Counted from the first letter of the stretch, positions 49,901 to 59,488 are shown. The stretch is DNA of 64,000 nucleotides from Breznakia pachnodae (GCF_030814225.1 NZ_JAUSUR010000007.1:100941-164940); one strand, 5' to 3'. The notes: generated by a model not told the origin, from the sequence alone. A program made the numbers and translations.

Positions 49901-50304
49901 TGATTAGTATAATCCGTAGTAGATCTAGTAAGTCCGCTACGATCAACTGTTTTAATATTCTCTACAGTTACCATTTTTGTATATTCATGCTTTGTATTAG
50001 AACCATCAAAATATGAAACATAAAAGTTATATGTCCCATTCTCCATTACATTGTATTTAAAATCTGTAAGGTCCATAGTGTTACCATCTGGATCCTTAAT
50101 TGTCTCTACTGTATATTCTTTATGAATACTTGATAAATCTAATGAGATTACTGCATTTGCATTATTTTCACCATAAGTTACTTTTGATTGAATATCAAAT
50201 TCTTCTGCTGCTGATATTTCTCCATCAAAAAGTGTGACTGCAGTAAATGCAATCAAGACTGCTAACATCCCTTTTATAATCTTTGTGAGTTTTTTTACCT
50301 TCAT
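46912..50304 (-). CDS. Large cell-surface protein: signal peptide, N-terminal beta-rich region, Listeria-Bacteroides-type repeat, six tandem MucBP-like repeats, C-terminal TM anchor
   Basis: 1130 aa. Signal peptide MKVKKLTKIIKGMLAVLIAFTAV. Six ~83-aa repeats of the form YKVEHYLEQTDGTY.L.ETD..G.TG..V.A.AK.Y.GY......V..G.V.GDGSL.LKLYY. GYTFTGW...YVAQW unit. C-terminal FIVMLMMSGLVVLLRRRKEG with no canonical LPXTG. Confidence 0.75.
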   Translation of the reverse strand: MKVKKLTKIIKGMLAVLIAFTAVTLFDGEISAAEEFDIQSKVTYGENNANAVISLDLSSIHKEYTVETIKDPDGNTMDLTDFKYNVMENGTYNFYVSYFDGSNTKHEYTKMVTVENIKTVDRSGLTRSTTDYTNQVEVIDWDILDDDKNPLNNINEAIPNSRYQLRIDWILNVKNGGLLFEGDTFSINMPKNQTSGEWAVVNTEWENFTDNDDITVLGQWRIHGNKIEVKLNENVEGKQSIKGNFITGNNALYNGTVLGGIQDVKLGDIIKQIKFKQSSLSPISGKDVKQAGTTSNSVISWVFNLNGSSLNELIQKPYGRTFTDVGDMYIEDTLNGRFAGGFTVSATLQVPVDLIDGLPSGDAVRVYGITFNQIYPESKQSYEDFKNSLEPLEWGIYEGENDVQTLVIYFGSIGKDGVKYSDIDPDFAKNSANSAIKNGYYSESDRALLEQYYTEVYGDGNAIEGKIVKYRVSFQESYDKVVIDSQQTNVATVTKGNVLTNLTGKGTLEGVSGSASTVDSSKARVYLSDYNTNVALNGVFMELQRYDGTTWEEYSVWSGSTTNTDGYVDTTAIGDGTYRFVQQGAYSNEYDLQNSDGYDTGLGKVVSEAFTISSTDPEGKTVYMTNVKYKYDVVYDPGTQGTFTTITHNDVVINTATPAYNGALGSDGKPAGNAGYTFTGWLPTVSATVTEDVTYVAQWSANVDTAYKVEHYLEQTDGTYKLKETDELTGTTGESVIAVAKSYPGYIPFPLHADAKLSGTVLGDGSLTLKLYYQANTTTGYKVDHYLEQLDGSYVLKETDSLKGTTGHTVTAKAKVYTNYTFDNTVKGTVESGVVAGDESLVLKLYYTIDEAAYTVEHYVEQTDGTYVIQDTENLSELIGTTVTATAKTYTGYRLDSSHVDAIKSGVVAGDGTLVLKLYYKLDDVGYTVEHYHEQTDGSFQLESSDAYVARAGSSVSASAKTYTTHKHDAAHTSTVSTGVVAHDGSLVLRLYYVLEENPSVMPTETTYKVEHYLEQSDGTYILQDTELLPEKIGVNVSATAKDYSGYTFNKEVDGTLLNGVVLEDGSLVLKLYYTKDGKDVTIINPSKANPKQSNSSVSVGDTTNTNVFIVMLMMSGLVVLLRRRKEGIK

Positions 50305-50329
50305 TTTTTACTCTCCTTTTTCCTAACTA

Positions 50330-51637
50330 TTATTTTTGATGCTGAATGATAATTTCTAATTCATTGCCTGCGTAATCACAAATTAGAAATTGATCCATTG
50401 TTTTGTTTTCTCTTTTTATAATTAAAATGTGTTCCTGTGAATTATATTCATAATCATTACTTAAGACTCCATCTCGATAAAATAGAATACTATCTATATT
50501 TATGTTGGAAGCATCATCAGAAAGATAATAAGTAAATACTCCATCTGCTTGTGTGTAGGTTGCATTAGGGCTGTATATATCAATATTTGATATATATAAT
50601 ATTTTAGTATCCAACTCTTCATTACCTTTTAAGAGTTTTATAAGATATTCTCCATTTTCACTAATTATTGTTGTATCCACACCATTAACAAGAATTTGGT
50701 CATAATTATCATTGGTTGTTGTAATGGATAGTTCGATTGCTTCATTGGTCCAATTTGCATTATAATTTATGTCTAGAAATTTGGCTGTTTCTTCTACTGC
50801 CACACTTTCTTTTGGTGCTTGTGGAGTTTGGATATCCTCAGTTACAACAGTTTCTGGTTGTTGATTGAAAACAACCACACCTGTAACAACAGAAGCAATA
50901 AGCACTCCACCAATTACTAGTTTTTTCAATAATGCCGTCCCTACAAAAGCACCACTCTTTATTACTGCATTATAAATCCTTACACTGTCTTCTGTATTTA
51001 AAGTATATTGTTTACTTAATAACTGATATGCATAAGCGATTACTGTTGGTGAAATAATAACTCCAAAATTCTTTGGTGAAATTCCATTACGCTCTAAATC
51101 AACACGAAGTTGCTTTCGAATGCTATCCATTCTTGAATTTACTGTTCCTTTTGGAACCTGTAAGACTTCAGCAATCTCTTTTATTTGAAGTCCTTCATAA
51201 TAACGAAGAAGTCCAACACTTTTCATTGGTTCTCCCATCATTTCTAACGATTCAAATATAATTTCTCTTATTCGTTCATTCTCTAACACTTCCATTGCAG
51301 AAACTTGCTTATTATCTTTGAAATCATCTATATCCATTGATTCTCCCAAATCAACAATTCGTTGTTTCTTTCTGCTCTGATTAACACATAACGAGTAGGT
51401 TACTCTTTTTATCCATAATGGAAATGTTTTTGGTTCATTTAATTGTTTTAGTTTTCTATATACTAAGATAAAAGTTTCTTGCACAATATCTTTTGCTACT
51501 TCTTCATTTCTAAAATACTGATAAGCCACAAAATACACTCTACTATAATAAGCTTTATATATTTGTGAAAATGCCTCCGTATCACCACCTTGTGCCTTTA
51601 GAATAATCTCTTCATCAAGTATATTTATTTTTTTCAC
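50330..51637 (-). CDS. ECF-type sigma-70 factor fused to a transmembrane helix and ~180-aa extracytoplasmic domain
   Basis: Region 2 (YFVAYQYFRNEEVAKDIVQETFILVYRKL) and region 4 (LQIKEIAEVLQVPKGTVNSRMDSIRKQL) fall in the first ~190 aa. Then a TM (LVIGGVLIASVVTGVVVF) and a Ser/Thr/Asn/Asp-rich domain. GTG start. Stop is 25 nt from the adhesin start. Confidence 0.7.
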   Translation of the reverse strand: MKKINILDEEIILKAQGGDTEAFSQIYKAYYSRVYFVAYQYFRNEEVAKDIVQETFILVYRKLKQLNEPKTFPLWIKRVTYSLCVNQSRKKQRIVDLGESMDIDDFKDNKQVSAMEVLENERIREIIFESLEMMGEPMKSVGLLRYYEGLQIKEIAEVLQVPKGTVNSRMDSIRKQLRVDLERNGISPKNFGVIISPTVIAYAYQLLSKQYTLNTEDSVRIYNAVIKSGAFVGTALLKKLVIGGVLIASVVTGVVVFNQQPETVVTEDIQTPQAPKESVAVEETAKFLDINYNANWTNEAIELSITTTNDNYDQILVNGVDTTIISENGEYLIKLLKGNEELDTKILYISNIDIYSPNATYTQADGVFTYYLSDDASNINIDSILFYRDGVLSNDYEYNSQEHILIIKRENKTMDQFLICDYAGNELEIIIQHQK

Positions 51638-52131
51638 TCATCACGCCCCGCCTTTCTACTTTCCTTATCCTTTCCATTTCTTGAAACAGTAATTGCAATA
51701 AATCATTTCAAGATGCCCAGTTAGTTTTCTTCCTTTAAAAGTATGACGTATCTCAAAAAAAGAAACTTCGAAAGTTTTTTCAGATATTCATATTTTAAGT
51801 AATACTCTACTTCATCGTAGTAACATATGTATATTGGTGGTATATAAAACATAATAAAAATTAAATTTCTATGTTATCTGTGATTCATATAGTATTTTAA
51901 TTTTGAATTCCCTTTACTCTTATTAGTCGTCAATATATTTCATATCGTTCACTTTTTCTAAAGTATTTAATTTCGAAGGGAATTTAGTTCCTATCTAATA
52001 TAATTCATTGCATTTGTGCATATTATTCTTATCATATAGAATAGATTTATATAAAGGCAAAAGAGCATTGTATAAGAAGCAAACAAACTTAGATAATGAT
52101 ATTCTTTGAATATAAAGGAGGCAGTTATATG

Positions 52132-53052
52132 CACGCATGGGAAGCAATACAACAGGCAGTAGATTATATTGAAACACATACCTCAGAAGATATTAGCATT
52201 GAACAGTTAGCCGATACAGCAGGCTTATCACCTTATTATTTTCAAAGATTATTTAGGAGACTTATTAAAAGAACAGTATTTGAATATATTAAATTAAGAA
52301 GATTGGCTCAGGCTACAGAAGCATTAAAAGATAACAGACGTATTTTAGATGTTGCTATAGAATATGGATTTTCAAGTCATGCCAATTTCACTAGAATGTT
52401 CAAAGAAACATATGGCATTACACCTGAAGAGTATCGATCAAATATGATACCACTTAATCAAATGAATAAACCTGATTTGCAATTAACATATACTTTAATT
52501 GATGAAAATGTACCTTTAATTACAGATGGAATCGTTATTGAAATTACTAGGAAGAAGTTAGATAAAGTAGAAGTCTATCATGGGTTAACAGCACAAATAC
52601 CAATATCTGAGCAATTACCTGTTGGTGAAGCAACAGGTGTTGATAATCCTTATTTATTATGGGAGCAATTTCATAAAATAAAAACAAAGATAAATGGATA
52701 TTCGAGTGATGGAATCGAATTAGGTTCATCTACTTTTGGAAATAGCGATAATGGAACTTTCACCTATTTTGTAGGTATAGCTGTTGATGATACTACTCCT
52801 CTATCAGATGGATTAACATCTTGGGAATTACCTGCAAGTGAATATATTGTTTGTTCTATTGAAGCAGAAAATAAAATTGAATTAGTAACTTTCGCTCTTG
52901 ATAAAGCAATGAATTACCTTTTCAGTACATGGTTACCCAAGCATAATCTAGCAACACAACCATTTTCTGCAGAGAAATATTATAAGGTTACTGAGGAGGG
53001 AGCATCTATGGAAATATGGGTGATACCTACAACCATAAAGAACAGTCATTAA
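52132..53052 (+). CDS. AraC-family regulator with GyrI-like effector-binding domain
   Basis: AraC HTH pair (LADTAGLSPYYFQRLFRRL...GFSSHANFTRMFKETYGITPEEYR). C-terminal GyrI-like domain. SD aaggaggcagttatATG. Confidence 0.75.
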   Translation, partial: HAWEAIQQAVDYIETHTSEDISIEQLADTAGLSPYYFQRLFRRLIKRTVFEYIKLRRLAQATEALKDNRRILDVAIEYGFSSHANFTRMFKETYGITPEEYRSNMIPLNQMNKPDLQLTYTLIDENVPLITDGIVIEITRKKLDKVEVYHGLTAQIPISEQLPVGEATGVDNPYLLWEQFHKIKTKINGYSSDGIELGSSTFGNSDNGTFTYFVGIAVDDTTPLSDGLTSWELPASEYIVCSIEAENKIELVTFALDKAMNYLFSTWLPKHNLATQPFSAEKYYKVTEEGASMEIWVIPTTIKNSH

Positions 53053-53145
53053 CATATTTAGTTAGAGTATATAGAACTACTGAAAGCACGCGAATGTCGT
53101 TTTGACACTCCCTTTCGATATCAAAAAAAGCTGACATTAATTGTG

Positions 53146-54078
53146 TCAACTTTCATACAATTTATTCATTTTGTTAATTCTTTTTCTTACCTTTTCCTGT
53201 AATGATAAGGGTGATATTACTTTTGCTTTATCTTCTAATCCCATAAGAAAATTAACAACCCATGGCATATCACCAGTAATAAATGAAATTGTTTGGTTTT
53301 CTAAATCAAAAACAAATTTTTGCGTTCCCATACGATCAACCAGATAAGCTTCATCTACTTTATTATATTTCAAAATTACTTTCATTACATTTTCTTGCTG
53401 ATCAAGATTAAAATATTGCTTATCAAATAGCAGACGAATATCTTCTATTTGATAATCTTTCACAATAAACTTATCATTTAAGATTTTATACTTTATAATT
53501 CGATTTAACTTAAATAAGCGAAATTCATTTACCTCCTCACAATATGCATACATATACCATGCTGAATATTTAAATAGTAATCGGTAAGGTTCAATCTCTC
53601 TTTTACTATATCCATCTTTCACCTGATACGTTACTATTATGATATTATGATTCCGTATTGCAGTGCGTAAATTGGAAATATAATCTCGCAGTGGATGATC
53701 ATCAAACCAAGAAGATAAATCAATTATTGTATCTCCATTATCTATAACTTCTTCTCTGCTTTTCACCGGTAATTTTGCAATCATAGTATTGAGTTCATTA
53801 GTTTTATCTACTTCTCTCAAAGCATTTAATCCAACAAGTATGGATTTTAATTCATCTGTAGATAAAAAACTCTTATCTATTTTGTAATCTTCAGAAATTC
53901 CTAATCCCCCATCTTTTCCAGAAAAGTGAACAACTGGAACTCCTGCTTCATTCAGTGCTTCAATATCTCGATAAACGGTGCGCTTAGACACTTTGAGTTT
54001 TTCAGCCAATTGAACCGCTGTCATTCGTTCATTATGTATTAGCAAATTCATAATCTCAAACATTCTGCTAGACCTCAT
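53146..54078 (-). CDS. YafY-family regulator (DeoR-type HTH + WYL domain)
   Basis: N-terminal HTH MFEIMNLLIHNERMTAVQLAEKLKVSKRTVYRDIEAL. WYL-type C-terminal domain. Confidence 0.75.
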   Translation of the reverse strand: MRSSRMFEIMNLLIHNERMTAVQLAEKLKVSKRTVYRDIEALNEAGVPVVHFSGKDGGLGISEDYKIDKSFLSTDELKSILVGLNALREVDKTNELNTMIAKLPVKSREEVIDNGDTIIDLSSWFDDHPLRDYISNLRTAIRNHNIIIVTYQVKDGYSKREIEPYRLLFKYSAWYMYAYCEEVNEFRLFKLNRIIKYKILNDKFIVKDYQIEDIRLLFDKQYFNLDQQENVMKVILKYNKVDEAYLVDRMGTQKFVFDLENQTISFITGDMPWVVNFLMGLEDKAKVISPLSLQEKVRKRINKMNKLYES

Positions 54079-54257
54079 ATTTCCACCTCCTATTTTTTAG
54101 TGGATCTACTTATCCCAACTTTCTAACTCTATTTTCATATATACAGGAATATAACCTATTTCATCACATAGTATAGCACGTCCAATTATTTTGTTATTAA
54201 AAGTGTAATCAAAAAGAGTTGATTTTTCACTAAAAACCAATTCCATTTATCATTTAG

Positions 54258-54674
54258 TTATAACTGTACATTCAATTCCCAAATCATTCCGTATTTGTCT
54301 TGAACTTTTGTATATTGTGAATTCCAGAATGTTTCATGCGTTCTTATAATGCTCTTTCCTCCAGTATCTAATAGTTGACGTTCAATTTGCATCAATTCAT
54401 CTACATCTGAAAGTTCCAACCATATAGAAACCTGATTTCCTTTTTGCCATTGTTCCCTTCCATCATCAACTATATCCCCTGCATAAAATATACTTTCACC
54501 TAATTTAAAGGTTGAATTAGCAATGTAATTTAAAGAATCTTTATTATTCGTATAGCCAACTTCTTCAAATGTCATTTTTTCTACTATAGTTGCATGAAAT
54601 ACAGATACATATAAATCTAATGCATTTTGACAATTTCCATCAAACAAAAGAAATGGAGTACTACTCTTAATCAT
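54258..54674 (-). CDS. VOC-family (PhnB/glyoxalase-like) protein
   Basis: 138-aa protein with a PhnB-like N-terminus (STPFLLFDGNCQNALDLY). Confidence 0.6.
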   Translation of the reverse strand: MIKSSTPFLLFDGNCQNALDLYVSVFHATIVEKMTFEEVGYTNNKDSLNYIANSTFKLGESIFYAGDIVDDGREQWQKGNQVSIWLELSDVDELMQIERQLLDTGGKSIIRTHETFWNSQYTKVQDKYGMIWELNVQL

Positions 54675-54724
54675 ATCATTACCTCCTCTATACTTTTATC
54701 TTAGCACAAGAAGACAAATATCAT

Positions 54725-55504
54725 TTATTCTACATTGTGGTTTTTTCGAAGTGATGATACTAAAAGTTTTGCCAAGTTAATTAAGATTGGAGGATCTTCT
54801 GGTATTGGTGGACGTAGTCTCACTGTATATTCATTTTTAGTGTCATCAGGAAACGATAATTTTTCTTCTACTCTTCCTCTTAAACAATTCTTAAGATTAA
54901 AATAGGACAATAATCCATCTGTAGAATTGATTGCACAAACAAGCAAATAATAATCTCCCTTAGGAATATTCTTAAGTTTATTATTTTTATTCCTTTTGGT
55001 AACCAAACCAGATATAGGTTTATGATTAGGAATAGGTGTATGAAATAGACCAATAAAGATAATTCCATTCTTTAGATTATCTGGAACTTCTACATCCACA
55101 TTGCAATAGGATTCACTAATATCTTGAAAATACTCTACCTTATTGTTCTCACTCTCTTCAAATGTTTTAACTGCATTGTATATATAATCCATTTCGTTTT
55201 TATATTGTTGAGGGGAACTTCCAGTATACTTTTTAAATACATTAGAAAACGTTCCTGAACTAGAATATCCTACGCTTGTTTGAATATCAATAACACTACC
55301 TTTCTCATTAATTAAATCTATTGCTTTGGCAGAACGTAAACTTGATATATACTCATTCAAAGAGAAACCAGTTATCTTTTTAAACTCACTACTAAAATAG
55401 TATTTATCATATCTAAAATGTTCTGCTATATCTTCAACTTTCAAATCTAAAAGAAATATATTTTCTTGAATATATTCTAGAATCTGATTAATAATCAATT
55501 TCAT
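54725..55504 (-). CDS. AraC-family transcriptional regulator with uncharacterised C-terminal domain
   Basis: N-terminal AraC HTH (IAEHFRYDKYYFSSEFKKITGFSLNEYI...). Start placed at MKLIINQ, which has the SD aaaggaattatctatATG. Confidence 0.65.
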   Translation of the reverse strand: MKLIINQILEYIQENIFLLDLKVEDIAEHFRYDKYYFSSEFKKITGFSLNEYISSLRSAKAIDLINEKGSVIDIQTSVGYSSSGTFSNVFKKYTGSSPQQYKNEMDYIYNAVKTFEESENNKVEYFQDISESYCNVDVEVPDNLKNGIIFIGLFHTPIPNHKPISGLVTKRNKNNKLKNIPKGDYYLLVCAINSTDGLLSYFNLKNCLRGRVEEKLSFPDDTKNEYTVRLRPPIPEDPPILINLAKLLVSSLRKNHNVE

Positions 55505-55598
55505 ATAGATAATTCCTTTCATTATTACTATACGTTAAATGTAGAAATCACGCAAAAAAAGAGTCAACCACTATACAGTTAACTCTAATTGAAACTAA

Positions 55599-57023
55599 TT
55601 AATTCTTAGGTGTTTCACCTTTTTCTAATAACTCAATTGCTTCTTTGAATTGCGGCAACCATTCTTTCTCTGCTACTAACAATTCGTCTAATGCTTCTTT
55701 TGCGCTGTAATATGAATTCACTAATGGATTTGCCACGAGTGCTTCTAGTGCAGCATGATAACTACCAGTAACTGCAGCTTCAACAGCAAGCTTTTCGTAT
55801 TCTTTAGCAGCATAGATTTTACTCATCATATGTCCTGGAAGTTTAGGGAAACAGATTGGATGAATACCCGATCCATTTACAATCGATGTAGTTGTACAAA
55901 CACTGTTTGGATCGAAACCTTGGATACATCCCATGCTTGCAACATCCGGACTGAAGATTTCATTTGTGTTATTCCATAAAGCATTGATTAATGTAATCCC
56001 TGCTTTTCCATATCCATGTCCTCCTCGAGTATTAGATGCTAATTGGAAACCACGAGGATCTAACTTTTCATATAATTCAAATGTTCTTTCTTCTATTACT
56101 TTTACACATTCTGCACGTGTTGCTTCTGCAGGCATTGTTAAATCATCAAGAACATCTCCAACTCGTTCTTGTACTCTTTTAATCATTGCATCCCAGTGAT
56201 TACCAGAATATGACTGCAAGTCATTGAATGAATTAGGGAAATCATAATAGAACTCTAAATAAGGTCCCATAGGAATATATCCGATAAACTTCTGAAGTTC
56301 TGGTGCTACAAACTCTTTTCTTAAAGCTGGTAAATTAACTGCAGCCCAATCAAGTAATTTCTCAAACGCTTCATCAGTAACATCTTCACCTTTATAGAAT
56401 ACTTTACACCAGATAAGGTGATTCAACCCAATTACTTCAACAAATACATCATCTGGATTTTCTGGATTGTATACATCGTTCATTGCATCACGAATAACTG
56501 TTGGCCCATTACATAATCCTGCATATTTAACATTTGAATGAAGATTCAAAGCCTCTGCAAGCATTCCTGATGGATTTGCTAGATTCACTAAGTAACAACC
56601 TTTTTTTGCATATTTTTCAATTGCATCTGCAATTTCCAACATTGCTGGAATAGTCTTTAATCCCATTACCATACCACCAGGAGCTGTTGTTTCCTGTCCA
56701 ATCAACCCATGCTTAAATGGTAATGTTTCATCTAGTGTTCTACCTTCCGACATTCCTGGACGAATGGTAGTAATAACATAATCACAGTTTTTTACTGCTT
56801 CCCCTAAGTCTTTTGTTAATGTTACTACTGTATCCATACCAGCATCTTTAAACATTTTTTGAACATACTTTCCAGTGCAGTTCAAACGATATTCATCAAT
56901 ATCCATTAGTCGCCATTCAGCCACTTTCATTGTCTCTCTTCTTTCAATTAACATATTTGCGATATCAGGCAGATAAGACGAACCCGATCCAATGTTAGCT
57001 AAAATCATTTTTCTTTCACTCAT
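55599..57023 (-). CDS. Glycoside hydrolase family 4 (6-phospho-alpha/beta-glucosidase)
   Basis: N-terminal Rossmann ILANIGSGSS and a GLCNGP motif characteristic of GH4. 474 aa. Confidence 0.75.
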   Translation of the reverse strand: MSERKMILANIGSGSSYLPDIANMLIERRETMKVAEWRLMDIDEYRLNCTGKYVQKMFKDAGMDTVVTLTKDLGEAVKNCDYVITTIRPGMSEGRTLDETLPFKHGLIGQETTAPGGMVMGLKTIPAMLEIADAIEKYAKKGCYLVNLANPSGMLAEALNLHSNVKYAGLCNGPTVIRDAMNDVYNPENPDDVFVEVIGLNHLIWCKVFYKGEDVTDEAFEKLLDWAAVNLPALRKEFVAPELQKFIGYIPMGPYLEFYYDFPNSFNDLQSYSGNHWDAMIKRVQERVGDVLDDLTMPAEATRAECVKVIEERTFELYEKLDPRGFQLASNTRGGHGYGKAGITLINALWNNTNEIFSPDVASMGCIQGFDPNSVCTTTSIVNGSGIHPICFPKLPGHMMSKIYAAKEYEKLAVEAAVTGSYHAALEALVANPLVNSYYSAKEALDELLVAEKEWLPQFKEAIELLEKGETPKN

Positions 57024-57127
57024 ATAATTACCTCCTTGTTTTTAGCTGATAGTGATAAACCTTTTACTTCATCCAACCCACTATCCAAAGTTGTTATATC
57101 TTACAGCACATAACTGTTGATATTGTT

Positions 57128-58525
57128 CTATGCTTCTTCTTTTCCTTTGTACATGAACATAATAAGTCCAAATGTAACTAAGAATGCGATTGCCGATGCA
57201 ATACATCCATGTATAAAGTTTGATGAAGAACCTCCAACAAATCCCATAACATTCAAGAAATTTGTTGCACCAAATTGATATAGTCCTACATTCATAATTC
57301 CTAAATACAATCCTGATAATGCTCCACCAATCATAACTGGTAGGTATAATTTTTTGTTTGGTAAGAAGATTCCAAATAGTGTAGGTTCTGATACCCCACC
57401 TAGGAAACTTGCTGCTAAACAAGTCAATCCAAGCTGTTTGTCTTCTGCGGCTTTTGATTTCAATGTAAACCCTGCTGCTACCCCCATAATTAGCCAGTTA
57501 TTAATAACCATAGCAATTGGCATATAAGCAAATTCCGAACCAGTTGTTAATAGTGTTGTTAAACTGATAAAGAATACTGGTCTTCCTATACCAAATGCTG
57601 ACATAAACGGAATGAATGCTGCTACTAACATTGTTTCTAGTGGCCCCGCTACATCTCTTAACCATATAATTCCATCTGCAATTATGTTTCCAACATAAGT
57701 TCCCAATGGCCCTAATGCACATAAAGCAATTGGTAACATAACAAGAACTGTTAATAATGGTACTAAAATCACTTTCAATGCATTTGGAATAAACTTATTA
57801 ATAATTTTCTCTACATATGACTGACAAACAACAATCATCATAATCGGAATTACACTTGCGCTATAAGTGACTGCAGCTGCTGGAATTCCATATACTGTAT
57901 ATTCAATTCCTTCTCCCATCAAAGCAACTAAATTCGGATATAGCAAAATAAATGACAACACAAGTGATATATACATATTTGCTTTGAAATGCTTCGATGC
58001 AGTCACTGCTATTAATACAGGTAAGAAATATATAATCGCCTGTCCTGCCCAATAAAAGTTTGTATATAAATTCGATTCCTCTGATACAAGATTCAAGAAG
58101 TTAGGTCCGATAATCGCCGCGATTACATTTAGCATTCCTAATAATACAAACACAGGTACTAAAGGATTCATACATGCCGAGAATGCATTGATTACTGAAT
58201 TAAAGATTCCTTTTGGTGATAAATCTCGTTCTTTATCAGAACCATCCAGATCTTCATCAATTCTATTTGTTCTCTCAAGTCCAGCTACTTTAATAATCTC
58301 GTTATAAACATCATCAACTGCTGGACCGATAATTACTTGAATTTCTCCAGAAGCTACATGTGTCCCCATAACTCCTTTGACTTTTCCAATTTCTTCTAAA
58401 TTAGCAAGTCCGTTATCTTTTAAGTTAAATCTAAGTCTTGTTGCACAATGAAAAATGTTAGTAACATTCTCCTTCCCTCCCACTAATTCAAGAACTTGTA
58501 CTGCAGTTTCTTGATTCTTACTCAT
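57128..58525 (-). CDS. PTS glucose-family EIIBC
   Basis: N-terminal EIIB (GGKENVTNIFHCATRLRF) followed by an EIIC body. Confidence 0.85.
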   Translation of the reverse strand: MSKNQETAVQVLELVGGKENVTNIFHCATRLRFNLKDNGLANLEEIGKVKGVMGTHVASGEIQVIIGPAVDDVYNEIIKVAGLERTNRIDEDLDGSDKERDLSPKGIFNSVINAFSACMNPLVPVFVLLGMLNVIAAIIGPNFLNLVSEESNLYTNFYWAGQAIIYFLPVLIAVTASKHFKANMYISLVLSFILLYPNLVALMGEGIEYTVYGIPAAAVTYSASVIPIMMIVVCQSYVEKIINKFIPNALKVILVPLLTVLVMLPIALCALGPLGTYVGNIIADGIIWLRDVAGPLETMLVAAFIPFMSAFGIGRPVFFISLTTLLTTGSEFAYMPIAMVINNWLIMGVAAGFTLKSKAAEDKQLGLTCLAASFLGGVSEPTLFGIFLPNKKLYLPVMIGGALSGLYLGIMNVGLYQFGATNFLNVMGFVGGSSSNFIHGCIASAIAFLVTFGLIMFMYKGKEEA

Positions 58526-58593
58526 TTTCTGTTCCTCCTCTTTTCTCTTAGAAAAATATGATCAATTATATGAGCTCAATATAATTTAAATCC

Positions 58594-58658
58594 AAAATAA
58601 AAACCCCACAGAAAAATAGTAATTTTTCTATGAGGTCATGCCCTATTGGTAACAGTCC
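58594..58658 (-). promoter_or_regulatory. RAT (ribonucleic antiterminator) overlapping a rho-independent terminator, between licT and EIIBC
   Basis: Minus strand ggactgttaccaatagggcatgacc resembles the LicT/SacY RAT consensus ggaTtgttacTgc...gcaggcaaaacc. Its 3' end overlaps the 5' arm of the hairpin catagaaaaa-ttactat-ttttctgtg, which is followed by gggtttttatttt. Confidence 0.65.
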
Positions 58659-59488
58659 TCTTTTGAACATATTCGATTGATATGAATAATCAGATACATC
58701 TTTTCTTCATCACTAATCGTCCAATTCTGGTTTTCTTTAAAATACGCTTCAATTTGTAATACACATTCATATACATCAGGATAAGAAGATTTCATTGACT
58801 CAAACAATGCTTTATTATCACTTGAGATTTCCATCTTTTCATGCTGACGACTAATCAGATACTGCACATGTGTCGCAAATCTGAAATAATTAAAATCATC
58901 TTCATCTATTACTACATTCATCTTCTTACGTATGATATCTGCTAAATCATCAATAATCTGTGATATTCTTACGCTTTTCTGTTCTTGTTCTTTAAAGTGT
59001 TCTGCTTCTAGAATATGCATTGCGATGATTGCTGTTTCCTCTTTAGGAAACGTAACTCCTGTCATTTTCTTTATGAGTTTCACTGCTTCCTTACTAATAT
59101 GAAATTCCTCAGGATGCAAATAATTCATCTCATATGTAATTCCATAATCAATGCTTAATCCTTCTTTTATTCTTTTGGTCGCAAAGTTAATATGGTCTGC
59201 CAATGTAAATACCAAATTAGGATTTAATTTAATACTTAAATTTGCCTGAGCATAATCAACTATTTTTGTTGAGCATTTAATAATTACATCTGGTATTTCA
59301 CTAATTAAATTTATGAACTTATTATCAATATTGTAATAAGTTCTTTCAATCTTTGTAAGATCTGTAAGCTCATAAGGGAACTTTCCAAACCCCAGTCCAG
59401 AACCAGCTACAATTACAATCTGTCCAGAACTATCTCTTGCTACTGCATAGTTGTTGTTAATTTTTTTAATGAGTTCCATAAATTTCAC
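58643..59488 (-). CDS. licT: BglG/LicT-family transcription antiterminator
   Basis: CAT domain ...QIVIVAGSGLGFGKF, followed by two PRDs. Confidence 0.85.
   Translation of the reverse strand: MKFMELIKKINNNYAVARDSSGQIVIVAGSGLGFGKFPYELTDLTKIERTYYNIDNKFINLISEIPDVIIKCSTKIVDYAQANLSIKLNPNLVFTLADHINFATKRIKEGLSIDYGITYEMNYLHPEEFHISKEAVKLIKKMTGVTFPKEETAIIAMHILEAEHFKEQEQKSVRISQIIDDLADIIRKKMNVVIDEDDFNYFRFATHVQYLISRQHEKMEISSDNKALFESMKSSYPDVYECVLQIEAYFKENQNWTISDEEKMYLIIHINRICSKEDCYQ

Noticed and set aside
51991-52179. Two overlapping ~60-aa minus-strand ORFs in the sigma/AraC divergent promoter region
   Set aside because: An AT-rich promoter region, with no SD, and they overlap the AraC start.
57081-57422. 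113-aa ORF overlapping the 3' end of the EIIBC gene
   Set aside because: It sits out of frame over the EIIC coding sequence and is Cys/Trp-rich nonsense, which is consistent with spurious translation.
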